From Candidatus Saccharimonadota bacterium (GTDB lineage: Bacteria > Pseudomonadota > Gammaproteobacteria > Enterobacterales > Enterobacteriaceae), in the NCBI RefSeq assembly GCF_000973505.1, contig NZ_CP010048.1:360001-392000 (forward strand): a DNA stretch of 32,000 bases, given 5' to 3'. The translations under genes were made by a program, and so were the position numbers. Positions within the stretch are counted from its first letter, which is position 1, and every line of letters begins with the position of its first letter. This document shows positions 19,667 through 30,004 of this stretch, in pieces. The notes under the pieces are model-generated. The model searched no databases. It had not been told where the DNA came from and was given only the letters and a program-made list of their open reading frames with translations.

Positions 19667-21442
19667 ATGCATAATATACCTACAAAAGAATTTTTTGCTA
19701 TTGTTATTGGCTCTGGAGGCGCTGGCATGCGTGCTGCATTGGAAATTTCACAACACGGACTATCTTGCGCGGTAATTTCTAAGGTCTTTCCAATACGTTC
19801 TCACACAGTATCAGCTCAAGGCGGAATTACTGTTGCACTTTCTAATGTGCATAAAGATGATTGGCAATGGCATATGTATGATACAGTAAAAGGGTCAGAT
19901 TATCTTGGTGATCAAAATGCAATTGAATATATGTGTAAAGAAGGACCTAATGCGGTATTAGAACTAGAACATATGGGAATGCCATTTTCCCGTTTACATG
20001 ACGGACGTATTTATCAACGGCCATTCGGGGGTCAATCTATAAATTATGGAACAGGACAAGCAGCACGAACTGCCGCTTCGGCTGATCGGACAGGACATGC
20101 CTTGCTGCATACTTTATATCAACAAAATATAAAAAATAGCACAACTATTTTTTCAGAATGGTATGCAATTGATTTAGTAAAAAATCAAGATGGCCATGTA
20201 CTTGGTTGCCTTTGTTTATGTATTATGACCGGGGAGATAGTCTATTTTAAAGCTCGTGCCACAATACTTGCGACAGGAGGAGCAGGTAGAATTTATCAAT
20301 TCACTACAAATGCACATATTAATACCGGAGATGGAATTGGAATGGCATTACGGGCTGGTATACCTGTGCAAGATATGGAAATGTGGCAATTTCATCCAAC
20401 TGGTATAGCTGGAATTGGAATTTTAATTAGTGAAGGTTGTCGGGGCGAAGGCGGATATCTTTTAAATAAACATGATGAACGTTTTATGGAACGATATGCT
20501 CCTAACTCTCAAGACTTAGCGAGCCGGGATATTATTTCTCGATCTATTATGACAGAAATATATGAAGGACGAGGATGTGAAGGTATACATGGATGTTATG
20601 TAAAATTACAATTACATCACTTAAAAAAAGAAACTCTAGAATCGCGTTTACCTGGAATTTTAGAATTAACGCGTAAATTTGCTAATATTGACCCAGTCAA
20701 AGAATCGATTCCAGTAATACCTACTTGCCATTATATGATGGGCGGTATTCCCACAACAACAAACGGACAAGTCATTAGTGTCAATGACAACGGTGATGAT
20801 ATTTTAATTCCTGGTTTGTTTGCGATAGGTGAAGTTGCATGTGTATCAGTCCACGGAGCAAACAGGTTGGGAGGAAATTCACTTTTAGACTTAATAGTAT
20901 TTGGACGTTCTACAGGATTGTTTTTAAAAAAATTATTTAAAGAAGGGGAATACTCAATAAGAAATGCGAGTCGTTCAGATATTGAAGCAGCACTCAATCG
21001 CTATTTTCATTGGAAAAAGACTTGTACAACAGGGGAAAAACCTAATGAAATAAAAAAAGCGTTACAGTCTTGTATGCAAAAATATTTTTCTGTGTTTCGT
21101 GAAAAAAACACAATGATGCAAGGATTACAAGAGCTACAAAACATTCGTGAACGATTAAAATACGCATCTTTAAATGATTCATCTAACGTGTTTAATACAG
21201 AAAGAATTGAATGTTTAGAATTAGATAATTTGTTAGAAACTGCTTATTCTACAGCTGTGTCTGCTAATTTTCGAACTGAAAGTCGAGGCGCACATTATCG
21301 TTCTGATTTTCCATACCGTGATGACAATAATTGGTTATGTCATACATTATATTTTTCTCGCACAAACACTGTGCGTTGCAGAAAAATTAATATGCAACCT
21401 GTTTTTCGTTCAGCATTTCCACCAAAAACACGAATTTATTGA
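19667..21442 (+). CDS. sdhA: Succinate dehydrogenase flavoprotein subunit
   Basis: [25 protein letters not shown]... aligns from residue 1 with E. coli SdhA. The covalent-FAD site [10 protein letters not shown] and the active-site HPTG and RGEGG motifs are present. An in-frame ATG at 19646 (the ORF-track start) is possible but adds 7 unmatched residues. Confidence 0.95.
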   Translation: MHNIPTKEFFAIVIGSGGAGMRAALEISQHGLSCAVISKVFPIRSHTVSAQGGITVALSNVHKDDWQWHMYDTVKGSDYLGDQNAIEYMCKEGPNAVLELEHMGMPFSRLHDGRIYQRPFGGQSINYGTGQAARTAASADRTGHALLHTLYQQNIKNSTTIFSEWYAIDLVKNQDGHVLGCLCLCIMTGEIVYFKARATILATGGAGRIYQFTTNAHINTGDGIGMALRAGIPVQDMEMWQFHPTGIAGIGILISEGCRGEGGYLLNKHDERFMERYAPNSQDLASRDIISRSIMTEIYEGRGCEGIHGCYVKLQLHHLKKETLESRLPGILELTRKFANIDPVKESIPVIPTCHYMMGGIPTTTNGQVISVNDNGDDILIPGLFAIGEVACVSVHGANRLGGNSLLDLIVFGRSTGLFLKKLFKEGEYSIRNASRSDIEAALNRYFHWKKTCTTGEKPNEIKKALQSCMQKYFSVFREKNTMMQGLQELQNIRERLKYASLNDSSNVFNTERIECLELDNLLETAYSTAVSANFRTESRGAHYRSDFPYRDDNNWLCHTLYFSRTNTVRCRKINMQPVFRSAFPPKTRIY

Positions 21443-21469
21443 ATACGATTTTAAGAGAATAATATTAAT

Positions 21470-22204
21470 ATGCGAAAAATTACACTATCTATATATCGTT
21501 ATAATCCTGAAATCAATGATCAACCATACATGCAAAATTATTTTTTTGAATTTAGTAAATCATCCAATATGATGTTATTAGATGTATTAATTGAGTTAAA
21601 AAATCAGGATCCTACGTTGAGTTTTCGTCGTTCTTGTAGAGAAGGGGTATGTGGTTCTGATAGTATGAATATTAATGGGAAAAATGGCATGGCTTGTGTT
21701 ACTCCATTGTTAACATTATGTAAAAATACTAATATCATTTTTGTTCGTCCATTACCTGGACTTCCGGTAATTCGTGATTTAGTGGTAGATATGAGTCCAT
21801 TTTATGCACAATATGAAAAAATTAAACCATTTTTAATTAACAATGATAAGATAAAAAACACATCACATGAATATTTACAATCACCATATGAACGTTCTAA
21901 ATTAGATGGACTATATGAATGTATATTATGCGGTTGCTGTTCTACTTTTTGTCCTTCCTTTTGGTGGCATCCAAATAAATTTATTGGTCCAGCTGGATTA
22001 TTGACTGCATATCGATTTTTAGTTGATACTCGTGATACAAATTCTCAAGAACGTCTTAAAGATCTTAATGATACTTTTAGTGTATTCCGTTGTCATAATA
22101 TTATGAATTGCGTCCACGTGTGTCCTAAAGGTTTAAACCCGAATATAGCTATTAATAAAATCAAACGTATGTTATTAAAATATAATTTTATGAATAAAAA
22201 TTAA
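21470..22204 (+). CDS. sdhB: Succinate dehydrogenase iron-sulfur subunit
   Basis: 244-aa ORF with all three Cys clusters: CREGVCGSDSMNING (2Fe-2S), CILCGCCSTFCPS (4Fe-4S) and CHNIMNCVHVCPKG (3Fe-4S). Confidence 0.96.
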   Translation: MRKITLSIYRYNPEINDQPYMQNYFFEFSKSSNMMLLDVLIELKNQDPTLSFRRSCREGVCGSDSMNINGKNGMACVTPLLTLCKNTNIIFVRPLPGLPVIRDLVVDMSPFYAQYEKIKPFLINNDKIKNTSHEYLQSPYERSKLDGLYECILCGCCSTFCPSFWWHPNKFIGPAGLLTAYRFLVDTRDTNSQERLKDLNDTFSVFRCHNIMNCVHVCPKGLNPNIAINKIKRMLLKYNFMNKN

Positions 22205-22424
22205 CTGTACTAGAATTATAAACATATTATCAAATGTTTAAACATATTATTAATATTAGAATATTTATTTCGAAAGAAATAAGCACACAATTGATTCATC
22301 CTTTAAATGTAATGAATAACGTAAAATGATTAATAACAAATAACACTTATTTTAAATCTATCATGAAATTGAACATACCTATTGTCAATTTTACTTGAAG
22401 ATAATATTTATTATGGTCTATATT

Positions 22425-25274
22425 ATGAAAAACAATACAATACAAAATTGGCTACATTCGTCCTGTTTAACAAGAGAAAATCAAGTTTATATAGAAGAAT
22501 TGTATAAAAAATTTTTGAAAAATTCAAAGGATGTGGATTCGCATTGGAGTACTCTTTTTGAAACTTTATCTGAAACAAACAATTATTCTCAAAACCATTT
22601 ATTGACTAGACAAGAACAAAAACAAAAAAATAATTTTTTAAATTTAAAACACCAACAAACAGATTTATATCATACACAAGAAAAAGTTTTTAAATTAATT
22701 GATGCCTTCAGACTATATGGATATCAAAATACCGCACTAGATCCGTTAGGTATGTGGACCGCTGTTCGTCCTGTGGATTGTTTGGATTTAAATTTTTATA
22801 AATTTAGCCAATATGATTTACAAAAATCATTTCATGTTGGTTCTTTATCCGTTGTTCCTAAAGTTGTTAAATTAATTGATATATATACAATACTAAAAAA
22901 AATTTATTGTGGTTCGATCGGTTTTGAATATATGCATATTGATAATATTGAAGAAATTTCTTGGATTCAACAAAATGTTGAATCCATTATGGGTGAAATC
23001 ACACTCACTCATTCAGAACAAAAACAATTATTAAATGAAATTATTCAAACAAATGATATTGAACAATATTTGGCTATTCAATTTCCGGGAACAAAACGAT
23101 TTTCTTTAGAAGGAGCTGATGTATTAGTTCCAATGTTGAAAGAAATAATACGGTATATTGCTGTGTATTACCATAATACAAAAAAAATAATATTGAGCAT
23201 GGCTCACCGAGGCCGTTTAAATGTATTAATTAATGTTTTAAATAAAAAACCTAGTGATTTATTTTTAGAATTTTCTGATTTTAATAAAATCAGTTCTCGT
23301 ATTAGTGGTGATGTTAAGTACCATCAGGGTTTTTCTTCAAATATTAACATGAAAGATACAAATATTAATGTACTGTTGTTGCCCAATCCGTCTCATCTTG
23401 AAATCGTTAACGCAGTGGCTATGGGTGTAGCACGAGCTTATATTGATAACGAAAATGTAAACAGATTTTCTTTTAATGATCCAACTATTGTATTACCAGT
23501 TACTATACATGGAGATGCAGCCATTAGTGGACAGGGGGTGGTACAAGAAATTCTAAACATGTCTAAAGTACCTGCATATAACGTTGGTGGGACTGTAAGA
23601 ATAATTATTAATAATCAAATAGGATTTACTACTTCTAAAATTTGTGATATCCGATCGAGTCGATATTGTACTGATATTGCAAAAATGATTCAAGTTCCTA
23701 TTTTTCATGTAAATGCTGACGATCCAGAAAAAGTTATTTTTGTAATTCGTACTGCGTTAAAATTTAGAAACACTTTTAAACGGGATGTTTTGATCGATTT
23801 AGTATGTTATCGACGACATGGACACAATGAAGTTGATGAGCCAAGTGTAACTCAACCTATAATGTATAAAAAAATTAATAAACATCCGAATGTTTATCAA
23901 ATATATTCTGATTATTTAAAATACAAAGGTGTAATTACTGATGATGAAATTTTAAATATGACAACATCTTATCAAAATTTTTTAAAAAACGAAAAATCAC
24001 TTTTTGAACAAAAAATGACTACGGTACAAAATAACATATTATCTCAATGCGTTATGAAAACGACTAATGAAGATGAAGACAATAATAAATATAACAATAT
24101 TCGACAACAAATAACATCTGATGATTTGAAAAAATTAGCATTATCCGTAAGTTCAATTCCGAAAAATTTTCAATTACATCCCAGGGTATATAAAATTTAC
24201 CAATCACGAATAGATATGGCGAAAGAAAATAAGCTTTTCGATTGGGGAGGTGTAGAAATTGTAGCATATGCAACATTACTAAATAATGGAACTTCTATCC
24301 GATTGTCTGGAGAAGATACTACACGGGGCACTTTTTTTCATAGACATGCAATTGTACATGATCAAAATAATGGGAATATTTATATTCCATTAGCTAATAT
24401 TCGTGAGAATCAAGGAAATTTTTCTGTATGGGATTCTGTTTTATCAGAAGAAGCTTCTTTAGCATTTGAATACGGTTATTCTGTTTACTCATCTGTAAAC
24501 ACTTTAGTAATTTGGGAAGCCCAATTTGGTGATTTTTCTAATGGAGCACAAATTGTTATTGATCAATTTATTAGTTCCGGAGAACAAAAATGGGGACAAA
24601 AATGTAGTTTAGTAATGTTATTACCTCATGGATATGAAGGACAAGGACCAGAACATTCTTCTGCAAGAATTGAACGATATCTTCAATTATGCGCTGAAAA
24701 TAATATGAAAATTTGTATACCCTCTACTCCGGCACAAATTTATCATTTATTACGGTATCAAATATTACATTCAGTTCATACACCATTAATCATCATGTCA
24801 CCAAAATCTTTATTACGGCATCCTATGGTTAACACATCAATATATGAATTAACACATGGAAAATTTCAAAAGATCATTGGCGAAATCAATAATGAAATTA
24901 ATCCCAAAGATGTTAAACGTATATTGATATGTTCCGGAAAAATTTATTATGATTTATTAGAACATAGGCAACAATACAAACAATATAATGTAGCTATTAT
25001 TCGTATTGAGCAATTATATCCATTTCCAACAAAAGAGATACAAAAAATTTTTGATATATATACTCATGTGAAACATTTTGTTTGGTGCCAAGAAGAACCA
25101 AAAAATCAAGGTGCGTGGTATTATATTAAAAATTATTTCTATAAAATACTTCCAAATGATGCTGTATTAAATTATGTTGGACGTTCTTCTTCTGCTTCAC
25201 CTGCAGTAGGATATCTCGCTTTACACAAACAGCAGCAAAAAATATTGATTAATAGTGCACTGAATATTATTTGA
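22425..25274 (+). CDS. sucA: 2-oxoglutarate dehydrogenase E1 component
   Basis: From the ATG at 22425, MKNNTIQNWLHSSCLTRENQVYIEELYKKFL aligns with E. coli SucA MQNSALKAWLDSSYLSGANQSWIEQLYEDFL. ThDP-enzyme blocks are present (GMAHRGRLNVL-type, HGDAAISGQGVV, YRRHGHNEVDEP). The ORF-track start (TTG at 22395) and the ATG at 22413 are alternatives. Confidence 0.95.
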   Translation: MKNNTIQNWLHSSCLTRENQVYIEELYKKFLKNSKDVDSHWSTLFETLSETNNYSQNHLLTRQEQKQKNNFLNLKHQQTDLYHTQEKVFKLIDAFRLYGYQNTALDPLGMWTAVRPVDCLDLNFYKFSQYDLQKSFHVGSLSVVPKVVKLIDIYTILKKIYCGSIGFEYMHIDNIEEISWIQQNVESIMGEITLTHSEQKQLLNEIIQTNDIEQYLAIQFPGTKRFSLEGADVLVPMLKEIIRYIAVYYHNTKKIILSMAHRGRLNVLINVLNKKPSDLFLEFSDFNKISSRISGDVKYHQGFSSNINMKDTNINVLLLPNPSHLEIVNAVAMGVARAYIDNENVNRFSFNDPTIVLPVTIHGDAAISGQGVVQEILNMSKVPAYNVGGTVRIIINNQIGFTTSKICDIRSSRYCTDIAKMIQVPIFHVNADDPEKVIFVIRTALKFRNTFKRDVLIDLVCYRRHGHNEVDEPSVTQPIMYKKINKHPNVYQIYSDYLKYKGVITDDEILNMTTSYQNFLKNEKSLFEQKMTTVQNNILSQCVMKTTNEDEDNNKYNNIRQQITSDDLKKLALSVSSIPKNFQLHPRVYKIYQSRIDMAKENKLFDWGGVEIVAYATLLNNGTSIRLSGEDTTRGTFFHRHAIVHDQNNGNIYIPLANIRENQGNFSVWDSVLSEEASLAFEYGYSVYSSVNTLVIWEAQFGDFSNGAQIVIDQFISSGEQKWGQKCSLVMLLPHGYEGQGPEHSSARIERYLQLCAENNMKICIPSTPAQIYHLLRYQILHSVHTPLIIMSPKSLLRHPMVNTSIYELTHGKFQKIIGEINNEINPKDVKRILICSGKIYYDLLEHRQQYKQYNVAIIRIEQLYPFPTKEIQKIFDIYTHVKHFVWCQEEPKNQGAWYYIKNYFYKILPNDAVLNYVGRSSSASPAVGYLALHKQQQKILINSALNII

Positions 25275-25295
25275 TTAATGATTTAAGGATACAAA

Positions 25296-26540
25296 ATGAA
25301 TAATAAAAAAAATATTTTAGTTCCAAATTTACCTGAATCAATTTCAGACGCTGTTGTTGCTGTGTGGCATAAGCAAATAAAGGACAATGTTACACAAGGT
25401 GAAATATTAGTTGAACTTGAAACTGATAAAATAATGATAGAGGTTCCAGCGGAAGAATCAGGAATTTTAGAATCAATATTTCAAGATGTAGGTGCAACAG
25501 TTGTTAATGGACAAATTTTAGGAAAATTATTATTAAATGATAACAATCATTGTAGTAACACAGATATTAATATACAGTCCGAAAATACACAATCTGTACC
25601 ATATACAAAGCATGAGAAAAATATTTTGAAAACAACTGATGACGTAACTAATATTTTTAGTCCGTCAATACGACGACTTGTTCATGAATATAATTTACAA
25701 CCGGAATCCATTTTAAAAATTAAAGATATTCATGGTCAGATTACTCGTGAGAGTATAAAAAAATATTTATTTGATAAAGAATGTGAACAATTATCGATTC
25801 CAGTGGAAACAAAATCAGAAGTAATAACCAAGAAAAAAGATCGTAATGATGTCCGTATTCCAATGAGTCGTTTACGTAAACGTATAGCAGAACGATTATT
25901 AGAAGTAAAAAATAATACTGCTATGTTAACTACTTTTAATGAAGTGAATATGAAACCAATAATAGATATTCGTAAAAAATACGGTGAAATATTTGAGAAA
26001 AAACATAACGTGCGATTAGGTTTTATGTCATTTTATGTTAAAGCAGTATTAGAAGCGTTGAAATCTTTTCCAAATATCAATGCATCTATTGATGGCGAAG
26101 AAATAGTACATCACAATTATTTTGATATAAGCATTGCTGTATCAACATCACGTGGATTAGTAACACCAGTTTTGAAAAATATTGATTTACTTAGCATTTC
26201 CGAAATAGAAAAAGAAATTAAAAATATGGCTGGAAAGGGACGTGATGGGAAATTAACTATTCAAGAACTTAGTGGAGGTACTTTTACCATTACAAATGGT
26301 GGGGTATTCGGATCACTTATTTCTACTCCTATTATTAACCCTCCGCAAAGTGCAATACTTGGTATGCATGCTATCAAAGATCGACCAATGGCAATCAACG
26401 GAGAAATTGTTATTTTACCAATGATGTATTTAGCATTATCTTATGATCATCGTTTAATTGATGGCAAAGATTCGATAAATTTTTTGATAAAAATCAAAGA
26501 ACTATTAGAAAATCCTATACGATTTTTATTAGATATTTGA
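25296..26540 (+). CDS. sucB: 2-oxoglutarate dehydrogenase E2 (dihydrolipoyllysine succinyltransferase)
   Basis: 414-aa ORF with a lipoyl domain ([15 protein letters not shown]), an E3/E1-binding domain ([13 protein letters not shown]) and a catalytic domain ([10 protein letters not shown]). An AAGGA motif lies 8 nt upstream. Confidence 0.96.
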   Translation: MNNKKNILVPNLPESISDAVVAVWHKQIKDNVTQGEILVELETDKIMIEVPAEESGILESIFQDVGATVVNGQILGKLLLNDNNHCSNTDINIQSENTQSVPYTKHEKNILKTTDDVTNIFSPSIRRLVHEYNLQPESILKIKDIHGQITRESIKKYLFDKECEQLSIPVETKSEVITKKKDRNDVRIPMSRLRKRIAERLLEVKNNTAMLTTFNEVNMKPIIDIRKKYGEIFEKKHNVRLGFMSFYVKAVLEALKSFPNINASIDGEEIVHHNYFDISIAVSTSRGLVTPVLKNIDLLSISEIEKEIKNMAGKGRDGKLTIQELSGGTFTITNGGVFGSLISTPIINPPQSAILGMHAIKDRPMAINGEIVILPMMYLALSYDHRLIDGKDSINFLIKIKELLENPIRFLLDI

Positions 26541-26591
26541 ATCTTTTATGTGTTAAATTATTAAAAATTGAGTCTTAAACGTTAAAAAGAC

Positions 26592-26617
26592 ATTTGTATT
26601 TTTTTTATAATACAAAT
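26592..26617 (+). other. AT-rich hairpin in the sucB-sucC spacer; a possible weak attenuator or RNA-processing structure
   Basis: atttgtat (26592-26599) pairs perfectly with atacaaat (26610-26617). The pairing extends to 9 bp with t26600:a26609. A U-rich stretch tgttgtgtttatt follows. There is only one G:C pair, so stability is low. Confidence 0.2.
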
Positions 26618-26694
26618 TGTTGTGTTTATTAGAAAAATATAAAATAGTATTTTACAAATAATATTAATTTTTTTTTAAAAAATTTAGGTACATC

Positions 26695-27867
26695 ATGAAT
26701 TTATATGAATATCAAGCAAAACAACTTCTTGCTAAATATAATTTGCCAATTCCAAATGGGAACGTATGTTCCACATTAAATCAAGCAAAAGAATATATAA
26801 AACATACTAAAGGTCCTTGGGTTGGAAAATGTCAAATACAAGCTGGTGGTCGAGGAAAATCCGGGGGGGTTGAAGTTCTCAAATCTGAAAATGAAGTACA
26901 GTATTTTATTACACATTGGTTGGGTAAACGCTTAATAACCGATCAAACAGATGATGATGGAGAAATAGTACATAACATTTTATTAGAGCCATATTTTTGT
27001 GTTATTAATGAATTATATTTAAGTATGTCGATAGATCGTACTAATGAAGGAATAGTCTGTTTAGTATCCAGTAAAGGGGGGGTAGAAATAGAAAAAATTG
27101 CTCAAGAAACTCCACATGTAATTAAAAAAATATTTCTTGATCCATTAATGGGACCACAAATTTATCAAGCACGAAAATTAGGATTTAGTCTAAGATTAAA
27201 CATGGATCAAATTAAACAATTTACTAACATATTCATGAATATAGGGAAAATGTTTTTAACATATGATTTGATGTTAATTGAAATTAATCCATTAGTTATT
27301 ATTGATAATAATCATTTGTTATGTTTGGATGCTAAAATACACATTGACCATAATGCTTTATTCCGACAAAAAAAAATGTTATTAACAGATAATATTATTC
27401 AAAATATATCTAATACATCACTATTATGTAGTGATAATACAAATTTAAAATTCAACTATGTCCCCATGAAAGGTAATATTGGATGCATTGTAAATGGAGC
27501 TGGTTTAGCTATGGCAACGATGGACTTGCTGTCTTTATACGGAGGAAATGTTGCTAATTTTTTGGATGTTGGAGGAGATGTTACAAAAGAATCTGTTATC
27601 GAATCTGTTAAAACTATAATTTACAATCATAAAGTAAAAGTAATATTAATTAACATTTTCGGGGGTATTGTCTGTTGTAATTTAATTGCTGAAGGGATTA
27701 TCAAGGCATTATCAACATTGAATATTATGATACCTATCGTGGTTCGATTACAAGGTAATAATGCTATATCGGGAAATAAACAATTAGCTAACAGTAAACA
27801 TCATATCATTGCTAGTGATAATTTATTTAATGCAATTCAAACAGTTATTTCGATAGCAAATAAATAG
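26695..27867 (+). CDS. sucC: Succinyl-CoA synthetase beta subunit
   Basis: 390-aa ORF with MNLYEYQAKQLLAKYNLP, an ATP-grasp domain, GCIVNGAGLAMATMD and NIFGGIV. Confidence 0.96.
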   Translation: MNLYEYQAKQLLAKYNLPIPNGNVCSTLNQAKEYIKHTKGPWVGKCQIQAGGRGKSGGVEVLKSENEVQYFITHWLGKRLITDQTDDDGEIVHNILLEPYFCVINELYLSMSIDRTNEGIVCLVSSKGGVEIEKIAQETPHVIKKIFLDPLMGPQIYQARKLGFSLRLNMDQIKQFTNIFMNIGKMFLTYDLMLIEINPLVIIDNNHLLCLDAKIHIDHNALFRQKKMLLTDNIIQNISNTSLLCSDNTNLKFNYVPMKGNIGCIVNGAGLAMATMDLLSLYGGNVANFLDVGGDVTKESVIESVKTIIYNHKVKVILINIFGGIVCCNLIAEGIIKALSTLNIMIPIVVRLQGNNAISGNKQLANSKHHIIASDNLFNAIQTVISIANK

Positions 27868-27879
27868 GTGTAAATAATA

Positions 27880-28770
27880 ATGTCAATTTTAATTAATAAA
27901 AATACTAAAGTACTTTGTCAAGGTTTTACTGGGTATCAGGGTACTTTACATTGTGAACAAGGATTGCAATATGGAACAAAAATTGTAGGAGGGGTCACTC
28001 CAGGAAAGGGGGGCACCAAACATCTAGGTTTACCAGTGTTTAATAATATGCACGAAGCTGTCTTTGCTACTGAAGCAACAGCATCTGTTATTTACGTTCC
28101 AGCTCCGTATTGTAAAGATTCAATCTTAGAAGCTATTGATGCTGGAATAAAATTAATAGTTTGTATTACAGAAGGGCTTCCAATTTTAGACATGTTAATA
28201 ATTAAACATCAGTTGAAAATTAACCATAAACAAACATATATGATTGGACCTAATTGTCCTGGAATTATTACCCCTAACGAATGTAAAATGGGAATTATGC
28301 CAAGTAGCATTCATCACCCAGGGCATATCGGGGTTATTTCTCGTTCTGGTACATTAACATATGAAGTAGTTCAACAAATTACTAATATTGGATTAGGACA
28401 ATCTACTTGTGTTGGTATTGGTGGTGATCCTATACTTGGTTCTAATTTCATTGATATTTTAAAATTATTTGAACAAGATATAATGACGAAATTAATAGTA
28501 TTAATTGGTGAAATTGGAGGTAATGAAGAAGAAACTGCTGCTATATATATTCAAAAAAATATTACTAAACCAGTAGTAGGATTTATTGCTGGAGCAACCG
28601 CTCCAAAAGGAAAAAGGATGGGTCATGCTGGTGCTATTGTTTCTTCTAATAGAGGGGGCGCAGCAGAAGAAAAATTCCAAGCATTAGAAAAAGCGGGTGT
28701 TCATGTCGTCCGAAATTTACTTGATGTAGGAACATGTGTAAAAAAGTATTTTTATAATAATATTACTTAA
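27880..28770 (+). CDS. sucD: Succinyl-CoA synthetase alpha subunit
   Basis: 296-aa ORF with [22 protein letters not shown] and the phosphohistidine loop GHAGAIV. An AGGTG motif lies upstream. Confidence 0.97.
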   Translation: MSILINKNTKVLCQGFTGYQGTLHCEQGLQYGTKIVGGVTPGKGGTKHLGLPVFNNMHEAVFATEATASVIYVPAPYCKDSILEAIDAGIKLIVCITEGLPILDMLIIKHQLKINHKQTYMIGPNCPGIITPNECKMGIMPSSIHHPGHIGVISRSGTLTYEVVQQITNIGLGQSTCVGIGGDPILGSNFIDILKLFEQDIMTKLIVLIGEIGGNEEETAAIYIQKNITKPVVGFIAGATAPKGKRMGHAGAIVSSNRGGAAEEKFQALEKAGVHVVRNLLDVGTCVKKYFYNNIT

Positions 28771-28806
28771 CTTAAATATATAATAAAATAATATGAGCTG
28801 AGTTAT

Positions 28807-29481
28807 ATGGATTTTCTTGAAATGTTTTTAAAATCAAGCCTTTTGATACAAGTAATTATGTTAATATTAATTAGTTGTTCTGTATTTTCATGGGGAATTA
28901 TTATTTATCAAATACACGTGTTAAATACTATAAATCGATCAATAAGAAAATTTGAAAATAAATTTAACTCAGGAAAATCATTAGACGAATTGTATCAACA
29001 TAATGTATCCAATTTCACTATATTAACAGGACCAGAAATAATTTTTTACTCAGGATTTAAGGAATTTTCTCGATTATGTCACGACAATAATTTTCCATTA
29101 AAAGACATACTAAAAGCAACTATGCAAACGATGCGTGCGACTGTTTATACAGAATTACAAAAATTAGAAAAACATGTTTTTTTTCTTGGTATTATTGGTT
29201 CCATTAGTCCATATATCGGTCTTTTTGGAACTATTCTGAGTATTATACATATTTTTTTCAAATTAGGATCAGTTAAGTACATTACTCTACAAACAATTGC
29301 ACCAGGTGTTGCTGAATCATTAATTTTTACTGCTATTGGTTTATTTGTAGCTATTCCATCTGTTATAGCATTTCATCATTCAAATTTATGTATTAATAAT
29401 ATTGAACAAAAATATGAAATATTTTTGAATCAATTTACTAGTATTTTACAAAAAAAGTACTTTTCAAAAAAAATCAATTAA
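28807..29481 (+). CDS. tolQ: Tol-Pal system proton-channel protein TolQ
   Basis: 224-aa ORF with FYSGFKEFSRL, GSISPYIGLFGTI and APGVAESLIFTAIGLFVAIP. It is collinear with E. coli TolQ. Confidence 0.93.
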   Translation: MDFLEMFLKSSLLIQVIMLILISCSVFSWGIIIYQIHVLNTINRSIRKFENKFNSGKSLDELYQHNVSNFTILTGPEIIFYSGFKEFSRLCHDNNFPLKDILKATMQTMRATVYTELQKLEKHVFFLGIIGSISPYIGLFGTILSIIHIFFKLGSVKYITLQTIAPGVAESLIFTAIGLFVAIPSVIAFHHSNLCINNIEQKYEIFLNQFTSILQKKYFSKKIN

Positions 29482-29522
29482 GATATTCATGCTTTTTACT
29501 ATAGTAAACAACACAAAACAAA

Positions 29523-29963
29523 ATGAAAAATAAAAAAAATCGTTACATAATGAAATGTGAAATAAATATCATTCCTTTTTTAGATGTACTGTTGATATTA
29601 CTGTTAATGTTTATGATATCCACTCTAATTTTTACACAAAATTTTGAAATTAACTTACCAAAATCTTCTTATACCACAACATCCGATAACACTAATAACG
29701 AAGATAATAAATTTAAAATTATTATTGAAGTATTAGGAAATAATAATTACAATCTATACGTTAATTCTAAGAAAATAGAACATATATCCTTCGATCAAAT
29801 AATTCTCAATATAAATTCAAAAATGAAAATTAAATTTACTGATGTGATGTTTTTTATTGCTGGAGATAAAAATATCGCTTATAATGAAATCATTAACACG
29901 TTAAATGTTTTAAATAATATAGGAGTTACAACTGTAAAAGTTTTGACACAACCTATTTTTTAA
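29523..29963 (+). CDS. tolR: Tol-Pal system protein TolR
   Basis: 146-aa ORF. EINIIPFLDVLLILLLMFM contains the conserved TM Asp, and the C-terminal FIAGDKNIAYNEIINTLNVL...TQPI parallels E. coli TolR. Confidence 0.88.
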   Translation: MKNKKNRYIMKCEINIIPFLDVLLILLLMFMISTLIFTQNFEINLPKSSYTTTSDNTNNEDNKFKIIIEVLGNNNYNLYVNSKKIEHISFDQIILNINSKMKIKFTDVMFFIAGDKNIAYNEIINTLNVLNNIGVTTVKVLTQPIF

Positions 29964-30004
29964 TGATGACATAAAAATTTTGAATATTATTTATATTGTA
30001 TTAA

